A stretch of DNA of 64,000 nucleotides, taken from assembly GCA_949289845.1 (NCBI GenBank), contig CASEPN010000004.1, forward strand, positions 69 to 64,068, given 5' to 3'. The DNA is from an uncultured Bacillota bacterium. GTDB lineage: Bacteria > Bacillota_I > Bacilli_A > RFN20 > CAG-826. Below are positions 1 through 10,822 of this stretch, piece by piece. Below the pieces are notes generated by a model, which had not been told where the DNA came from, did no database searches, and saw only the letters and a program-made list of their open reading frames with translations. How positions within the stretch are numbered: the first letter of the stretch is position 1; each line of letters starts with the position of its first letter. The translations under genes were made by a program, and so were the position numbers.

Positions 1-815
<815 letters not shown>

Positions 816-910
816 TTATCAACTTATTTCTAAGCCGATCGCTTGCGATCAGGCGCATGGAGAGAGCATGGGAACGTAGCGTTCGGTCTTCAGGGAGCAC
901 CGGCAAGCGG

Positions 911-1019
911 TCCGGTGGCTATGGCGCGGTGGTCATACCCGTTCCCATCCCGAACACGGAAGTCAAGCACCGCAGTGGCGACGATAGCTCCTCCGGAGCG
1001 AAAATAGCGCGCCGCCGGG
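911..1019 (+). rRNA. rrf: 5S rRNA (short, about 109 nt)
   Basis: CCCGTTCCCATCCCGAACACGGAAGTCAAGC core; terminal stem TCCGGTGGC/GCCGCCGGG. Confidence 0.95.
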
Positions 1020-1026
1020 CCGCGAG

Positions 1027-1052
1027 GCGTCCCCGAAAGGGGGCGCTTTTTT
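1027..1052 (+). terminator. rRNA operon intrinsic terminator
   Basis: GCGTCCCC-GAAA-GGGGGCGC followed by T6. Confidence 0.85.
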
Positions 1053-1077
1053 CGTGCCCCGCCCTTATACTCCCCCC

Positions 1078-1482
1078 ATGGCGAAAATGATCGAGCTGCC
1101 CCCGTCGCTCCTCCTTGCGAAGCGGGGGCTAACCCCCGAGGAAGCCTGGGGCGAGGCGGAGGACCGCCTCCACGAGGCGCTTCCTCTCCTGCTCCTTGAT
1201 AAAGACGGGCCGACCTACATCGGCTCTCCTTTCGAGGGTGGCTATCTCGCGGGCTTCCTCATGGACCCTTCTAAGGAAGGGAAGGCCCCCGAGGGCTGGG
1301 AGGAGATCGAGTTCGAGGGATGCTCCGGACTCATGGAGGAGATCCTGGAAGACCGCGAGACCTCCCTCGCCCACCTCATGGAGGAGGCAAGGATGCTATC
1401 TCTCCTCGTCGAGGAGGAGCCTCTCGACCTCGCCCGGGGCGGGATCCCCTATCTCTTCCTTCCCGCCAGGGAGGCTGGCTAG
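1078..1482 (+). CDS. hypothetical protein, possibly degenerate GyrI-like effector-binding fold
   Basis: Coding-like GC3 bias; YLAG...PEGWEEI pattern resembles GyrI-like domains; TATACT 6 nt before ATG. Confidence 0.6.
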   Translation: MAKMIELPPSLLLAKRGLTPEEAWGEAEDRLHEALPLLLLDKDGPTYIGSPFEGGYLAGFLMDPSKEGKAPEGWEEIEFEGCSGLMEEILEDRETSLAHLMEEARMLSLLVEEEPLDLARGGIPYLFLPAREAG

Positions 1483-1538
1483 GCCCGGCTTTCTTCCTCA
1501 GGAAGAAAGTGCGATAATGCCGCCGATTTGGAGATCCT

Positions 1539-1886
1539 ATGGACAAGAAGGACGCTAGGGAACTGGGTCGCGTGACCATCAAGGACGAGGTGATTGCCGA
1601 GGCGGCGAAGGAAGCCGCCCTCCTCTCCTATGGGGTGAAGGCGGTCGTCCCTCCCGGCTCCTCGCTCGGGCTATTTCCCGCCGACGAGAAGAAACCGCCC
1701 GTCCGCGTGCGCAAGAGCGCCCAGGGCTACGAGGTCGACATCTACGTCGTCCTCGCCTACGGGCTCAAGATGACCGAGGTCATCTCGAGCGTCCAGAAGC
1801 AGGTGTCCTTCTCCCTCCGCAGGAAGCTCCCGATCCACCTTTCGAAAGTGAACGTCTTCGTCGAGGACGTCAAGGAAGTCCACTAG
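1539..1886 (+). CDS. Asp23/Gls24 family protein (YloU-like)
   Basis: LGRVTIKDEVIA...YGV...VDIYVVLAYG...KVNVFVEDV; canonical position before DAK2 gene. Confidence 0.9.
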   Translation: MDKKDARELGRVTIKDEVIAEAAKEAALLSYGVKAVVPPGSSLGLFPADEKKPPVRVRKSAQGYEVDIYVVLAYGLKMTEVISSVQKQVSFSLRRKLPIHLSKVNVFVEDVKEVH

Positions 1887-1888
1887 CC

Positions 1889-3574
1889 ATGAAGTCATTG
1901 AACGGGCAGGCCCTTAAGAAGCTTCTTATCTCGGGCGCCAACAACCTATATAACCATTATCCGGAGATCGACCAGCTGAATGTCTTCCCCGTGCCGGACG
2001 GGGACACCGGGATGAACATGAACCTCACCCTCCGAAGCGGGGTGAAGGAGATCGTGAACAAGGGGGACGACTCCGTCGGGACGATCGCCCTCGCCTTCGC
2101 CGACGGCGTCTTCGGGGGCGCCCGCGGGAACTCGGGCTCGATCACGAGCCAGATCTTCCGCGGCTTCGCCGAGTCGCTCCGCGGCAAGAAGGAGGCGAGC
2201 GCCCATGACCTCGACCTCGCCTTCCGGAACGGGAAGGAGGTCGCCTACCGCGTCGTCGACAACCCCGTCGAGGGCACGATCCTCACCGTCATCCGCGAGG
2301 GAAGCGACGTCGCCCACGGGAAGACGAGGAAGGACATCTCGATCGAGGGCTACCTGAAGCTCCTGGTGGAGGCCGCCAGGGTTTCCCTCGAGCACACCCC
2401 GGAGCTTCTTCCCGTCCTCAAGGAGGTCGGGGTCGTCGATAGCGGCGGAGCCGGGCTTCTCGTGATCCTCGAGGGCATGCTTTCCGCGGCGGAAGGCCGC
2501 TTCGTCGAGCGGAACGAGGAGGCGCCGAGGCAAGAGTCCGCCGCCCCCCAGAAAAGCGCCTACGCCGGCGCGATGCTGAGCGAGGAGGAGGAAGGCTACG
2601 GCTACTGCACGCAGTTCATGCTGCGCCTGGGGACCCCGGAAGAGGGGAAGCGCCCCTTCTTCGAGGAGAAGTTCGCCCGCTTCCTCAAGAGCCACGGGAA
2701 GTCGCTCGTCTTCATGAGGAACGGCGACCTCGTGAAGGTCCATGTCCACACCCTCGCCCCGGGCGAGATGCTGAACTACGCCCAGAACTACGGCGAGTTC
2801 GTGACGATCGTCATCGAGAACATGAGCGAGGAGCACCGCAACATCCAGGAAGGGAAGGCCGCGACGGACTTCAGCGCCGCCGAAAGCGAGGTCGGGGAGC
2901 CCGACCATGAGTTCGGCCTCGTCGCCGTCTCCTCCGGGCCTGGCCTCGACAAGATGTTCCATGACTCCGGGGTCGACGTGATCGTCCCCGGGGGCCAGAC
3001 GATGAACCCCGCGACGGAGGACTTCCTCCAGGCGATCAAGCGCACCAGGGCGCGCCAGGTGTTCATCCTTCCGAACAACTCCAACATCGTGATGGCCGCC
3101 TCCCAGGCGTGCGACATGCTCGAGGGCGGGCCCCAGAAGGCCAGGGTCGTCCCGAGCAAGACCATCCTCCAGGGCCTCGTCGCCTGCTCCATGTACCAGA
3201 AGGAGGGGGACGGGGAGGACATCTACGAGAACATGCGGAGCGTCCTCAAGGAGATCCGTTCCGGCTCCGTGACCTTCGCGATCAAGGACGCGGACATCCA
3301 GGGCGTCCACGTGACGAAGGACTACTACCTCGCGATGAAGGACGACAAGACGATCGTGAGCTGCCTCAAGGACAAGGGGGAGGCGCTCCTGGCGCTCGCC
3401 GAGTCCCTGGTCGACGAGGACTCCTGCTCCCTCACCCTCATCTACGGGGAGGACGTGAAGGAGGAGGAGGCGGAAGCCCTTGGGAAGCTCCTCGAGGAAC
3501 GCTTCCCAGACGTCGAGCTGAACGTCCATCCGGGCGGGCAGCCGATCTACAGCTTCCTCATCGGCGTCCAGTAG
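1889..3574 (+). CDS. fakA: DAK2-domain fatty acid kinase subunit A (YloV)
   Basis: LNVFPVPDGDTGMNM, GARGNSG, VVDSGG, GGQTMNP, GGQPIY. Confidence 0.95.
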   Translation: MKSLNGQALKKLLISGANNLYNHYPEIDQLNVFPVPDGDTGMNMNLTLRSGVKEIVNKGDDSVGTIALAFADGVFGGARGNSGSITSQIFRGFAESLRGKKEASAHDLDLAFRNGKEVAYRVVDNPVEGTILTVIREGSDVAHGKTRKDISIEGYLKLLVEAARVSLEHTPELLPVLKEVGVVDSGGAGLLVILEGMLSAAEGRFVERNEEAPRQESAAPQKSAYAGAMLSEEEEGYGYCTQFMLRLGTPEEGKRPFFEEKFARFLKSHGKSLVFMRNGDLVKVHVHTLAPGEMLNYAQNYGEFVTIVIENMSEEHRNIQEGKAATDFSAAESEVGEPDHEFGLVAVSSGPGLDKMFHDSGVDVIVPGGQTMNPATEDFLQAIKRTRARQVFILPNNSNIVMAASQACDMLEGGPQKARVVPSKTILQGLVACSMYQKEGDGEDIYENMRSVLKEIRSGSVTFAIKDADIQGVHVTKDYYLAMKDDKTIVSCLKDKGEALLALAESLVDEDSCSLTLIYGEDVKEEEAEALGKLLEERFPDVELNVHPGGQPIYSFLIGVQ

Positions 3575-3618
3575 GAAGGAGGGGCCTCGGCCTCTCCTTT
3601 TTCTTCTATAGTTTCCCC

Positions 3619-5589
3619 ATGAAGGAGCCATCCCTCAGCGCCTCGCTCCGGAACGCGGGCTTCCGGACCCCTTTGGACGTCCTGGAGCACCTCCCTGTTC
3701 GCTACGAGGACCTGGCCCTCACGAAGGCGCATGAGCCGAAGGACGGGGAGAGGGTGGTCTGCCTCGGGCATGCGATCCCCGGGTCCTTCCGTCTCACGCG
3801 GTTCCTGAGGAGATGCCTCGTGAGCTTCCGCTTCGAGACGAAGGGAGGGAGGACCCTCCTCGTAGAGGCTTGGAACCGCGAGTACTTGATGCGGGACAAG
3901 TCGTTCTCCACGCGGGAGCTCCTCCTCGTGCTGAAGCGCGAGGAACGGAGGAGGAGCTACTCCTTCCTGTCCGCCCACCGTCCGGAGGAAGGAGGGAGGC
4001 TCGTCCCCGTCTACCGCCTTCCGGAAGGGCTCTCCCAGGGCTCGTTCCGGACGCAGCTCCTCCGCCAGGAGGAGAAGCTAAGGGGCAAGGTGGAGGACAT
4101 CGTCCCGGAGCATCTCCGGGCGCGCTACAGGCTGCTCCGGAGGGAGGAGGCGCTCCATAAGGCCCACTTTCCGAGCTCCTACGAGGAGGCGAAGGAAGCG
4201 CTCAGGACATTGAAGTATGAGGAAGCCCTCCTATACGAGCTGAGGAACCTCCTCGCAAGGAAGCGCCACCGGGGCGAGGGGCGGGAGAGCCGCCGCAAGG
4301 TGGATAAAGAGAAGGTCCTTTCGTTCGTCTCCTCCCTTCCCTACCCCCTCCTCGAGGACCAGCGGAAGGCCCTCGAGGAGATCCTTTCCGACATGGACGG
4401 GAAGGGGGCGATGTACCGCCTCCTCCAGGGGGACGTGGGGACGGGGAAGACCCTGGTCGCGGCCCTTGCCGCCTACGCGAACGGCACTAGGGGCGGGCAG
4501 ACCGCCCTCATGGCGCCCACCGAAACCCTGGCAAGGCAGCACTACCTCACCCTCTCAAGGCTCTTCGAGGGCACTTCCTTCCGGGTCGCCCTTTTGACGG
4601 GCGGGACCCCGGGGGAGGAAAGGCCGGCGATCCTCCAGGACCTTCGGGACGGGGACATCGACCTCCTCGTGGGGACGCACGCCCTTTTCGCCAAGAGCGT
4701 GGATTACTTGAACCTCAGCCTCGTCATCATCGACGAGCAGCATAAGTTCGGCGTGGCCCAGAGGACCTCGCTTTTGGGGAAGGGGGAGGGGGCCGACCTC
4801 CTCCTCATGAGCGCGACCCCGATTCCGAGGACCCTCGCCCTCACCCTCTTCGGGGACATGGACGTCAGCACCCTCCGGGAGTTTCCCAAGGGCAGGAGGA
4901 AGGTGGAGACCAAGTGGTGCGCCCCTGACGACCCGGAGGTCCTCCAGGCGGTGCTGGACACCCTCGACGAGGGGAGGGAATGCTTCGTCGTCCTTCCCCA
5001 TATCGAGGGTGAGGACACCCTCAAAAGCGCCCGGAAGGCCTTCGATAGCTTCGCGAGGCTCTTCCCGGGGAAGTGCGTCCTCCTCCACGGGAAGATGGGG
5101 CGGGAGGAGCAGATGGAAAGCGAGCGGCTGTTCCGCGCGAAGGAACGCCCGATCCTCGTGGCGACGAGCATGGTGGAGGTCGGGATCGACGTCCCGGAGG
5201 CCGGGCTTCTCATCCTTTACGAGGCCGGGAGCTTCTCCTTGAGCGCTGCCCACCAGCTCCGGGGAAGGATCGGGCGGGATGGGAGGAAATCCCTCTGCCT
5301 CCTCGTCGACGAGAGGGGCCCCAGGGAAAGCGAGAGGATCAAGACCCTCCTCAATACGGAGGACGGCTTCCTCATCGCCGAGAAGGACCTCGCCCTCCGT
5401 GGTCCCGGGGAAGTCGCCGGCACGAGGCAGAGCGGACTCCCGGACTTCCGCCTCTTGAACGCGGTGGACGACTTCCGCATCTTCGAGTGCGCCCTCCATG
5501 ACGCGGAAGCCCTTCTCGAGGACCCCTCAAGGAAGGGGGAGAGGGCGATCGCCCTCGCCGAGGAAGGGGAGGAAGTGAGCCGGGGCTAA
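3619..5589 (+). CDS. recG: ATP-dependent DNA helicase RecG
   Basis: RLLQGDVGTGKT, IIDEQHKFG, MSATPIPRTL, HQLRGRIGR, DLALRGPGE; true start ATG 3619 rather than ORF-track 3109. Confidence 0.95.
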   Translation: MKEPSLSASLRNAGFRTPLDVLEHLPVRYEDLALTKAHEPKDGERVVCLGHAIPGSFRLTRFLRRCLVSFRFETKGGRTLLVEAWNREYLMRDKSFSTRELLLVLKREERRRSYSFLSAHRPEEGGRLVPVYRLPEGLSQGSFRTQLLRQEEKLRGKVEDIVPEHLRARYRLLRREEALHKAHFPSSYEEAKEALRTLKYEEALLYELRNLLARKRHRGEGRESRRKVDKEKVLSFVSSLPYPLLEDQRKALEEILSDMDGKGAMYRLLQGDVGTGKTLVAALAAYANGTRGGQTALMAPTETLARQHYLTLSRLFEGTSFRVALLTGGTPGEERPAILQDLRDGDIDLLVGTHALFAKSVDYLNLSLVIIDEQHKFGVAQRTSLLGKGEGADLLLMSATPIPRTLALTLFGDMDVSTLREFPKGRRKVETKWCAPDDPEVLQAVLDTLDEGRECFVVLPHIEGEDTLKSARKAFDSFARLFPGKCVLLHGKMGREEQMESERLFRAKERPILVATSMVEVGIDVPEAGLLILYEAGSFSLSAAHQLRGRIGRDGRKSLCLLVDERGPRESERIKTLLNTEDGFLIAEKDLALRGPGEVAGTRQSGLPDFRLLNAVDDFRIFECALHDAEALLEDPSRKGERAIALAEEGEEVSRG

Positions 5590-5632
5590 GGCGCCCAGGA
5601 AAGGAAGGGGGAAACCCGCTATAATCCGGGCT

Positions 5633-6619
5633 ATGGAAAAACTAGCGATCGCCGTGGACATGATGGGCTCCGACAAGGGCCCCGGGATGGCCCTTGAGGC
5701 CGTCCGTTCCTTTCATGAGAAGAATCCTGGAGTCCTCCTTTATCTCGTAGGAAGGAAGGAGGAGCTCGGGGACGTCTCCTCGCTCGGGGAGCTCGTGGAA
5801 GCGCCCGACGTCCTTCCGATGACCGCGGGGGCGCTCGACGTCATCCGCGCGAAAGGAAGCTCGATCTACAAGGCCTCCTCCCTCGTGAGGGAGGGGAAGT
5901 GCTCGGCGGTCGTCTCCGCGGGCGGGACCGGGGCCTTCCTCTCGAGCGCCGCCCTCATCCTCGGGAAGGCGGAAGGCGTGCTCCGGCCCGCGCTGGCCGC
6001 CTCGCTCCCGAACTTCCGGACCGGGGGGCATACGATCCTCCTCGACTGCGGCGCAAGCAACGAGAACTCCGGGGAGGAGCTCATGCAGTTCGCCCTCATG
6101 GGCGCCCTCTACCAAAGGATCGTCTACGGGGTCGATAAGCCCAAGGTGGCGCTCCTTTCCAACGGTGCGGAGGAAGGGAAGGGCTCGCCCGAAGGGAAGG
6201 AAGCCTATCGCCTCCTGAAGGAAAATCCGAAGGAAGAGTACGAGTTCATCGGGAATGTCGAGGGCAAGGACGTCCTCGAGGGCCCGATGGAGGTGCTCGT
6301 GACCGACGGATATAGCGGGAACGTCCTCATGAAGGGCGTCGAAGGGGCCGCGAAGGCGATGGGCCACCTCCTAAAGAAGGCCTTCATGACGAATATCTCC
6401 ACGAAACTTGGATATCTTTTGGCAAAAAAGGGAATGGCCGGCCTCAAGGAAAGCCTCGACCCCTCCTCGATCGGCGGGGCGATGCTCCTGGGCGTAAAGG
6501 GCGTGGCGGTGAAGGCCCACGGGGCGAGCGACCCCAAGGGCTTCCTGAGCGCGCTTTCCCTGGCTTCCCGTATGGCGAAGGGGGATATGGCCGCGGAGCT
6601 CGCGCGCCTTCTTTCGTGA
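5633..6619 (+). CDS. plsX: phosphate acyltransferase PlsX
   Basis: IAVDMMGSD, RPALA, LDCGA, GNVEG, VTDGYSGN, VKAHG. Confidence 0.95.
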   Translation: MEKLAIAVDMMGSDKGPGMALEAVRSFHEKNPGVLLYLVGRKEELGDVSSLGELVEAPDVLPMTAGALDVIRAKGSSIYKASSLVREGKCSAVVSAGGTGAFLSSAALILGKAEGVLRPALAASLPNFRTGGHTILLDCGASNENSGEELMQFALMGALYQRIVYGVDKPKVALLSNGAEEGKGSPEGKEAYRLLKENPKEEYEFIGNVEGKDVLEGPMEVLVTDGYSGNVLMKGVEGAAKAMGHLLKKAFMTNISTKLGYLLAKKGMAGLKESLDPSSIGGAMLLGVKGVAVKAHGASDPKGFLSALSLASRMAKGDMAAELARLLS

Positions 6620-7332
6620 GGATGGGCAGGGAAAGGATCCTGGAGCGCCTCCAGGCCCTCGGGGTTTACCCCCGCGAGGAGAACGTCCCACTCTACGAGC
6701 TCGCCTTCACCCATAGCTCGGTGAACGGGAACGCGGGGACTCGCCACAAGGACTACGAGCGACTCGAGTTCCTCGGGGACGCCCTGATGGGTTTCCTCGT
6801 CGGGGAGCTTTGCTACGAGCTCCACCCGGAGCTCCAGCAGGGAGGGCTGACCGCCCTCCGCGCGCATTTCATCCGGACGGAAGGGGAGGCTTCCCTTGCA
6901 AGGAAGCTTGGCTTCGGCCCCCTCGTCCTCGTCGGGAGCAGCTTCCAGGGGGACCCTGAAAAGAACGATTCCCTCATGGAAGACGTCCTCGAGAGCTTCC
7001 TCGGCGCGCTTCTTTTGGACCAGGGTCTCCCCTTCGCCCGCTCCTTCGTACGGAACATCCTCGAGGAGGAGGTGACCTCCACCGTCCTACCCTCTACGGA
7101 GAACCCCAAGAGCGAGCTCCAGGAGGTCATCCAGGCCGACCATAGGGAGTCGGTGACCTACCGCCTCATCTCGGAGAAGGGGCCCGCCCACGAGAAGACC
7201 TTCGTCGTCGGGGTCTACTTCGAGGACCAGGAGCTGGCCCGCGGGACGGGAAGAAGCAAGAAAGAGGCCGAGACCATGGCGGCCCGTCTCGCCCTCGAGA
7301 AGCTCGCCGACCGCGAGGAGGAGGGCGCCTGA
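6616..7332 (+). CDS. rnc: ribonuclease III
   Basis: AFTHSS, ERLEFLGDA, dsRBD NPKSELQE...GRSKKEAE; start may be ATG 6622. Confidence 0.95.
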   Translation: MRMGRERILERLQALGVYPREENVPLYELAFTHSSVNGNAGTRHKDYERLEFLGDALMGFLVGELCYELHPELQQGGLTALRAHFIRTEGEASLARKLGFGPLVLVGSSFQGDPEKNDSLMEDVLESFLGALLLDQGLPFARSFVRNILEEEVTSTVLPSTENPKSELQEVIQADHRESVTYRLISEKGPAHEKTFVVGVYFEDQELARGTGRSKKEAETMAARLALEKLADREEEGA

Positions 7333-8309
7333 TGGGCCTTTTCTCCTTCCTCCGCGAGAAGTTCTCGAAGAAGCCCCGGGACGAGCGGCAGGATAGCTAC
7401 GAGAAGGGACTCAGGAAAAGCAGGGCCGCCTTCGCCGACCGGCTGAAGGAGCTTTCGAAGCGCTACGGGAAGGCCAGCGGGGCCTATTTCGAAGAGCTGG
7501 AGGAGATCCTCATCGAGGCCGACGTCGGGGTTTCGCTCACCCTCCGCCTCGTCCAAGGCCTCATGGAGAAGGCCAGGAAGGAAGGGATCGAGGACACGAC
7601 AAGGCTCAACGAGGAGCTCGTCGACCTCATGTTCCTTGGCTACGTGGGCGAGGGGAAGATCGAGAACGAGATCCATTTCGCCCCCGAGGGACCGACCGTC
7701 CTCCTCATGACCGGGGTGAACGGGGTGGGCAAGACCACGACGATCGCCAAGCTCGCGCTCCGCTACCAAGGGATGGGAAAGAAGGTGATGCTCGTCGCCG
7801 GGGACACCTTCCGCGCCGGGGCGAGGGAGCAGCTTTCCATCTGGGCCGAGCGTCTTTCCTGCCCGATCGTCCTCGGAAAGGAAGGGGCCGACCCCGCCTC
7901 GCTTTGCTACGAAGGGGCGGAACGGGCCCTGAAGGAGGGGATCGACCTTCTCATCGTCGACACCGCCGGACGCCTCCAGACGAAGCAGAACCTCATGGCG
8001 GAGCTTTCGAAGATGCGGAAGGTGCTCGGGAAGATCATCCCGGGCGCGCCCCACGAGACTTTCCTCGTGATCGACGCGACGACAGGGCAGAACGGGGTCA
8101 GCCAGGCGAAAGCCTTCGAGGAGGCGACCCCGCTGACTGGAATCGTGATAACCAAGATGGACGGGACGAGCAAGGGCGGGATCATCCTCTCGATCCGTGA
8201 CGAAATCGGCGTGCCCGTCCGCTTCATCGGCCTTGGGGAAAGGATGGAGGACCTCCGGGAGTTCGACCTCGAGGAGTATCTGCATGCGCTCCTCCTTGCC
8301 CATGAGTGA
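7332..8309 (+). CDS. ftsY: SRP receptor FtsY
   Basis: GVNGVGKTTT, DTFRAGA, DTAGR, TKMDGTSKGG. Confidence 0.96.
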   Translation: MGLFSFLREKFSKKPRDERQDSYEKGLRKSRAAFADRLKELSKRYGKASGAYFEELEEILIEADVGVSLTLRLVQGLMEKARKEGIEDTTRLNEELVDLMFLGYVGEGKIENEIHFAPEGPTVLLMTGVNGVGKTTTIAKLALRYQGMGKKVMLVAGDTFRAGAREQLSIWAERLSCPIVLGKEGADPASLCYEGAERALKEGIDLLIVDTAGRLQTKQNLMAELSKMRKVLGKIIPGAPHETFLVIDATTGQNGVSQAKAFEEATPLTGIVITKMDGTSKGGIILSIRDEIGVPVRFIGLGERMEDLREFDLEEYLHALLLAHE

Positions 8310-8604
8310 GCTTGAGCGGAGGGTCCGTTTGGTCCGTCTTTACGACCTATACGGGCCTCTTCTCTCCCCGGCGCAGAGGAAGGCCTTCGAGAGCCGCTAC
8401 CTGGAGGACCTATCCCTTGGGGAGATGGCAGAAGAGGAAGGCGTCTCGCGCGCAGGTATCCAGGACGCGGTGAAAAAAGCCGAAAGAAAACTTGAGGAAT
8501 GCGAGGATAAGCTCGGATTCCTCGGACGGGTGGAGAAAGTCCTCGGGCTTCTCGAGGAAGGCAAGGAAGAGGAAGCGAAGGAGGTGCTTAGGGATGGCAT
8601 TTGA
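8302..8604 (+). CDS. ylxM: YlxM family (SRP-associated) protein
   Basis: LYDLYGPLL...YLEDLSLGEMAEEEGVSR; between ftsY and ffh. Confidence 0.88.
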   Translation: MSELERRVRLVRLYDLYGPLLSPAQRKAFESRYLEDLSLGEMAEEEGVSRAGIQDAVKKAERKLEECEDKLGFLGRVEKVLGLLEEGKEEEAKEVLRDGI

Positions 8605-9928
8605 GTCTTTGACGGAAAAGTTCCAGCGGGTCTTCAAGAAGATGCGGGGGGAGAGCACCCTCAGCGAGAAGAACATCGAAGGGGCGCTGGGGGAGATCCG
8701 GGTCGCCCTCCTGGAAAGCGACGTCAACTACAAGGTCGTGAAGGAGTTCCTCCAGCATGTGCGCGAGAAAGCGCTCGGGCAGGAGGTCCTCCTTAAGGTC
8801 AATCCGAGCGAGATGCTCGTCAAGATATGCCACGACGAGCTCCTCGCGCTCCTTGGCTCCGGGGAGACCGCCCTGAAGCGCGGGAAGCCCCTCACGACCA
8901 TCCTTCTCGTCGGCCTCCAGGGCTCGGGCAAGACCACCACCGCGGGTAAGCTAGCCCTCCGCCTGAAGGAGAAGGAAGGGAGGAAGCCTCTCCTCGCCGG
9001 GCTTGACGTCTATCGCCCCGCGGCCATCGACCAGCTTCGGGAAATCGCTTCGAAGATCGACGTCCCCTTCTTCAGCCTCGGGACGAAGGCGGATCCCGTG
9101 GACATCGCCCTCAAGGCGCGGGAGGAGGCGCTAAGCCTGGGCAGGGACACTCTCATCCTCGACACCGCGGGACGGCTTCAGATTGACGAGCCCTTGATGG
9201 AGGAGCTCCGGAACATCATCCAGAAGGTCCATCCGGAGGAGTCCCTCCTCCTCGTGGACGCGATGGCGGGCCAGGACGCGGTGAACGTCGCCAAGGCCTT
9301 CCATGAGTCCGTTCCTCTCACGGGCATCGTGATGAGCAAGCTGGACGGCGATGCGAAGGGAGGCGCGGCCCTTTCGATCAAGCACATGTCCGGCCTTCCC
9401 ATCAAGTTCGCCGGCGTGGGCGAGAAGCTCGAGGACCTCGAGGAGTTCCATCCCGACCGCATGGCCGACCGCATCCTCGGGATGGGGGACGTCGTGAGCC
9501 TCGTGGAGAAGGCCCAGGAGGTCATTTCCGAGAAGGAGGCCGCCCGCGCGGGGAGGAAGATGCTCGAGGGGGAGTTCACTCTCGAGGACATGATCGACCA
9601 GATGAAGATGGTCCGCCGGATCGGCTCCCTAGGGGCGATCGCGAAGATGATCCCGGGCATGCCTTCCCTCACGGACGAGCAGAAGGAGAGGGCTGAGCGC
9701 GAGATGAAGATCTTCGAGGTCGTCGTCTCCTCGATGACTCCTTATGAGAGAAGGCATCCGGAATGCCTCAAGAACTCCAGGAAGCAGCGCATCGCCCGCG
9801 GGTCCGGCACCACGCAGGCGGACGTGAACCGCGTGCTCCGCAAGTACGAGCAGAGCCGTGATATGATGAAGAAAATGAAGGGTCTCAAGGGCGGGCGCGG
9901 CCTTCCCCCGGGATTCCGCGGTTTCTAG
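8594..9928 (+). CDS. ffh: signal recognition particle protein Ffh
   Basis: MAFESL, GLQGSGKTT, DTAGR, RILGMGD, RIARGSG; SD GGAGGT before ATG 8594. Confidence 0.97.
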   Translation: MAFESLTEKFQRVFKKMRGESTLSEKNIEGALGEIRVALLESDVNYKVVKEFLQHVREKALGQEVLLKVNPSEMLVKICHDELLALLGSGETALKRGKPLTTILLVGLQGSGKTTTAGKLALRLKEKEGRKPLLAGLDVYRPAAIDQLREIASKIDVPFFSLGTKADPVDIALKAREEALSLGRDTLILDTAGRLQIDEPLMEELRNIIQKVHPEESLLLVDAMAGQDAVNVAKAFHESVPLTGIVMSKLDGDAKGGAALSIKHMSGLPIKFAGVGEKLEDLEEFHPDRMADRILGMGDVVSLVEKAQEVISEKEAARAGRKMLEGEFTLEDMIDQMKMVRRIGSLGAIAKMIPGMPSLTDEQKERAEREMKIFEVVVSSMTPYERRHPECLKNSRKQRIARGSGTTQADVNRVLRKYEQSRDMMKKMKGLKGGRGLPPGFRGF

Positions 9929-9937
9929 GAGGTAGGA

Positions 9938-10822
9938 ATGGCATCCATCAAGGACAGGCTCGTCGCCTGGCATAGGCGGCGGGGCACGAAGAAGGTCGAC
10001 GACGCGCGCGATCGGAACATCAAGGACGTTGACGGGGTCGAGAGCCTCGAGTTCCCTTATGGCCCCGGAAAAGGGAAGTACTGGCGGCTGGACGTCCATC
10101 GCCCGGCGGAAAGGAAGGATCCTCTTCCCGCGATCCTGGTTGTCCACGGGGGAGGCTTCTCCTATGGGACCAAGGAGACGTACCGCCTATACGGCCGCTA
10201 CCTCGCCAAGCAAGGCTTCGGGGTCGTCGTCTTCAGCTACCCCCTGGCGCCGGAAGCGCGCTTCCCGACCCAGCTCCTGGCGGTGGACAAGGCGATGGAA
10301 TGGCTCAAGAACAATGGGGAGCGACTTGGAATATCCTTGGAAAAGCCCCTTCTTTTTGGGGATTCCGCGGGGGGACACCTAGCGTTCCACTATGCCGAGA
10401 TCTGCGGGAGGGCCGATCTGAGGACCCTCTTCCACCAGCACTGGGGCACGAACTTCAAGTGCCCTCTTGCGATCGGAGGCCTCGGGCTCAACTGCGCGAC
10501 CTTCCGGAACCTTTCCGATCCCGAAGACTCCCTGAACCATTGGCTCGGGACCGCGGGGCGCCTTGGAAAGGAGCTCGATCCCCTCGCCTTCGTCGGGGAC
10601 TATCTCCCGCCCATGTACCTTCTGACGGGGGACGGGGACTTCCTCCTCGGGGAAAACCAGGCGATGCACCGGCTCCTCGACGAGGCGGGCATCCCGCACG
10701 GGTATAAGGAATACGTTGGGAAGAACGCCCCTCTTTCCCATGTGTTCCACTGCAACTTGGCCCTTGAGGAAGCCCTTGAGGCGAACCAGGACGAGATCCA
10801 GTATTTGATGAAGAGGCGCTAG
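9938..10822 (+). CDS. alpha/beta hydrolase (HSL-like esterase/lipase)
   Basis: HGGGF oxyanion motif, GDSAGG nucleophile elbow, C-terminal H. Confidence 0.88.
   Translation: MASIKDRLVAWHRRRGTKKVDDARDRNIKDVDGVESLEFPYGPGKGKYWRLDVHRPAERKDPLPAILVVHGGGFSYGTKETYRLYGRYLAKQGFGVVVFSYPLAPEARFPTQLLAVDKAMEWLKNNGERLGISLEKPLLFGDSAGGHLAFHYAEICGRADLRTLFHQHWGTNFKCPLAIGGLGLNCATFRNLSDPEDSLNHWLGTAGRLGKELDPLAFVGDYLPPMYLLTGDGDFLLGENQAMHRLLDEAGIPHGYKEYVGKNAPLSHVFHCNLALEEALEANQDEIQYLMKRR

Noticed and set aside
3109-3618. N-terminal extensions given by the ORF track for recG, dprA, dxr, deoD, rplS, TetR and DUF2188
   Set aside because: They overlap upstream genes or tRNAs; downstream starts match family N-termini and have SD or -10 signals
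1946-3631. Long antisense or alternate-frame ORFs (also 18092-20389, 31623-33125, 46231-47544, 62420-63463)
   Set aside because: Shadows of GC3-rich real genes; no recognisable motifs or start signals
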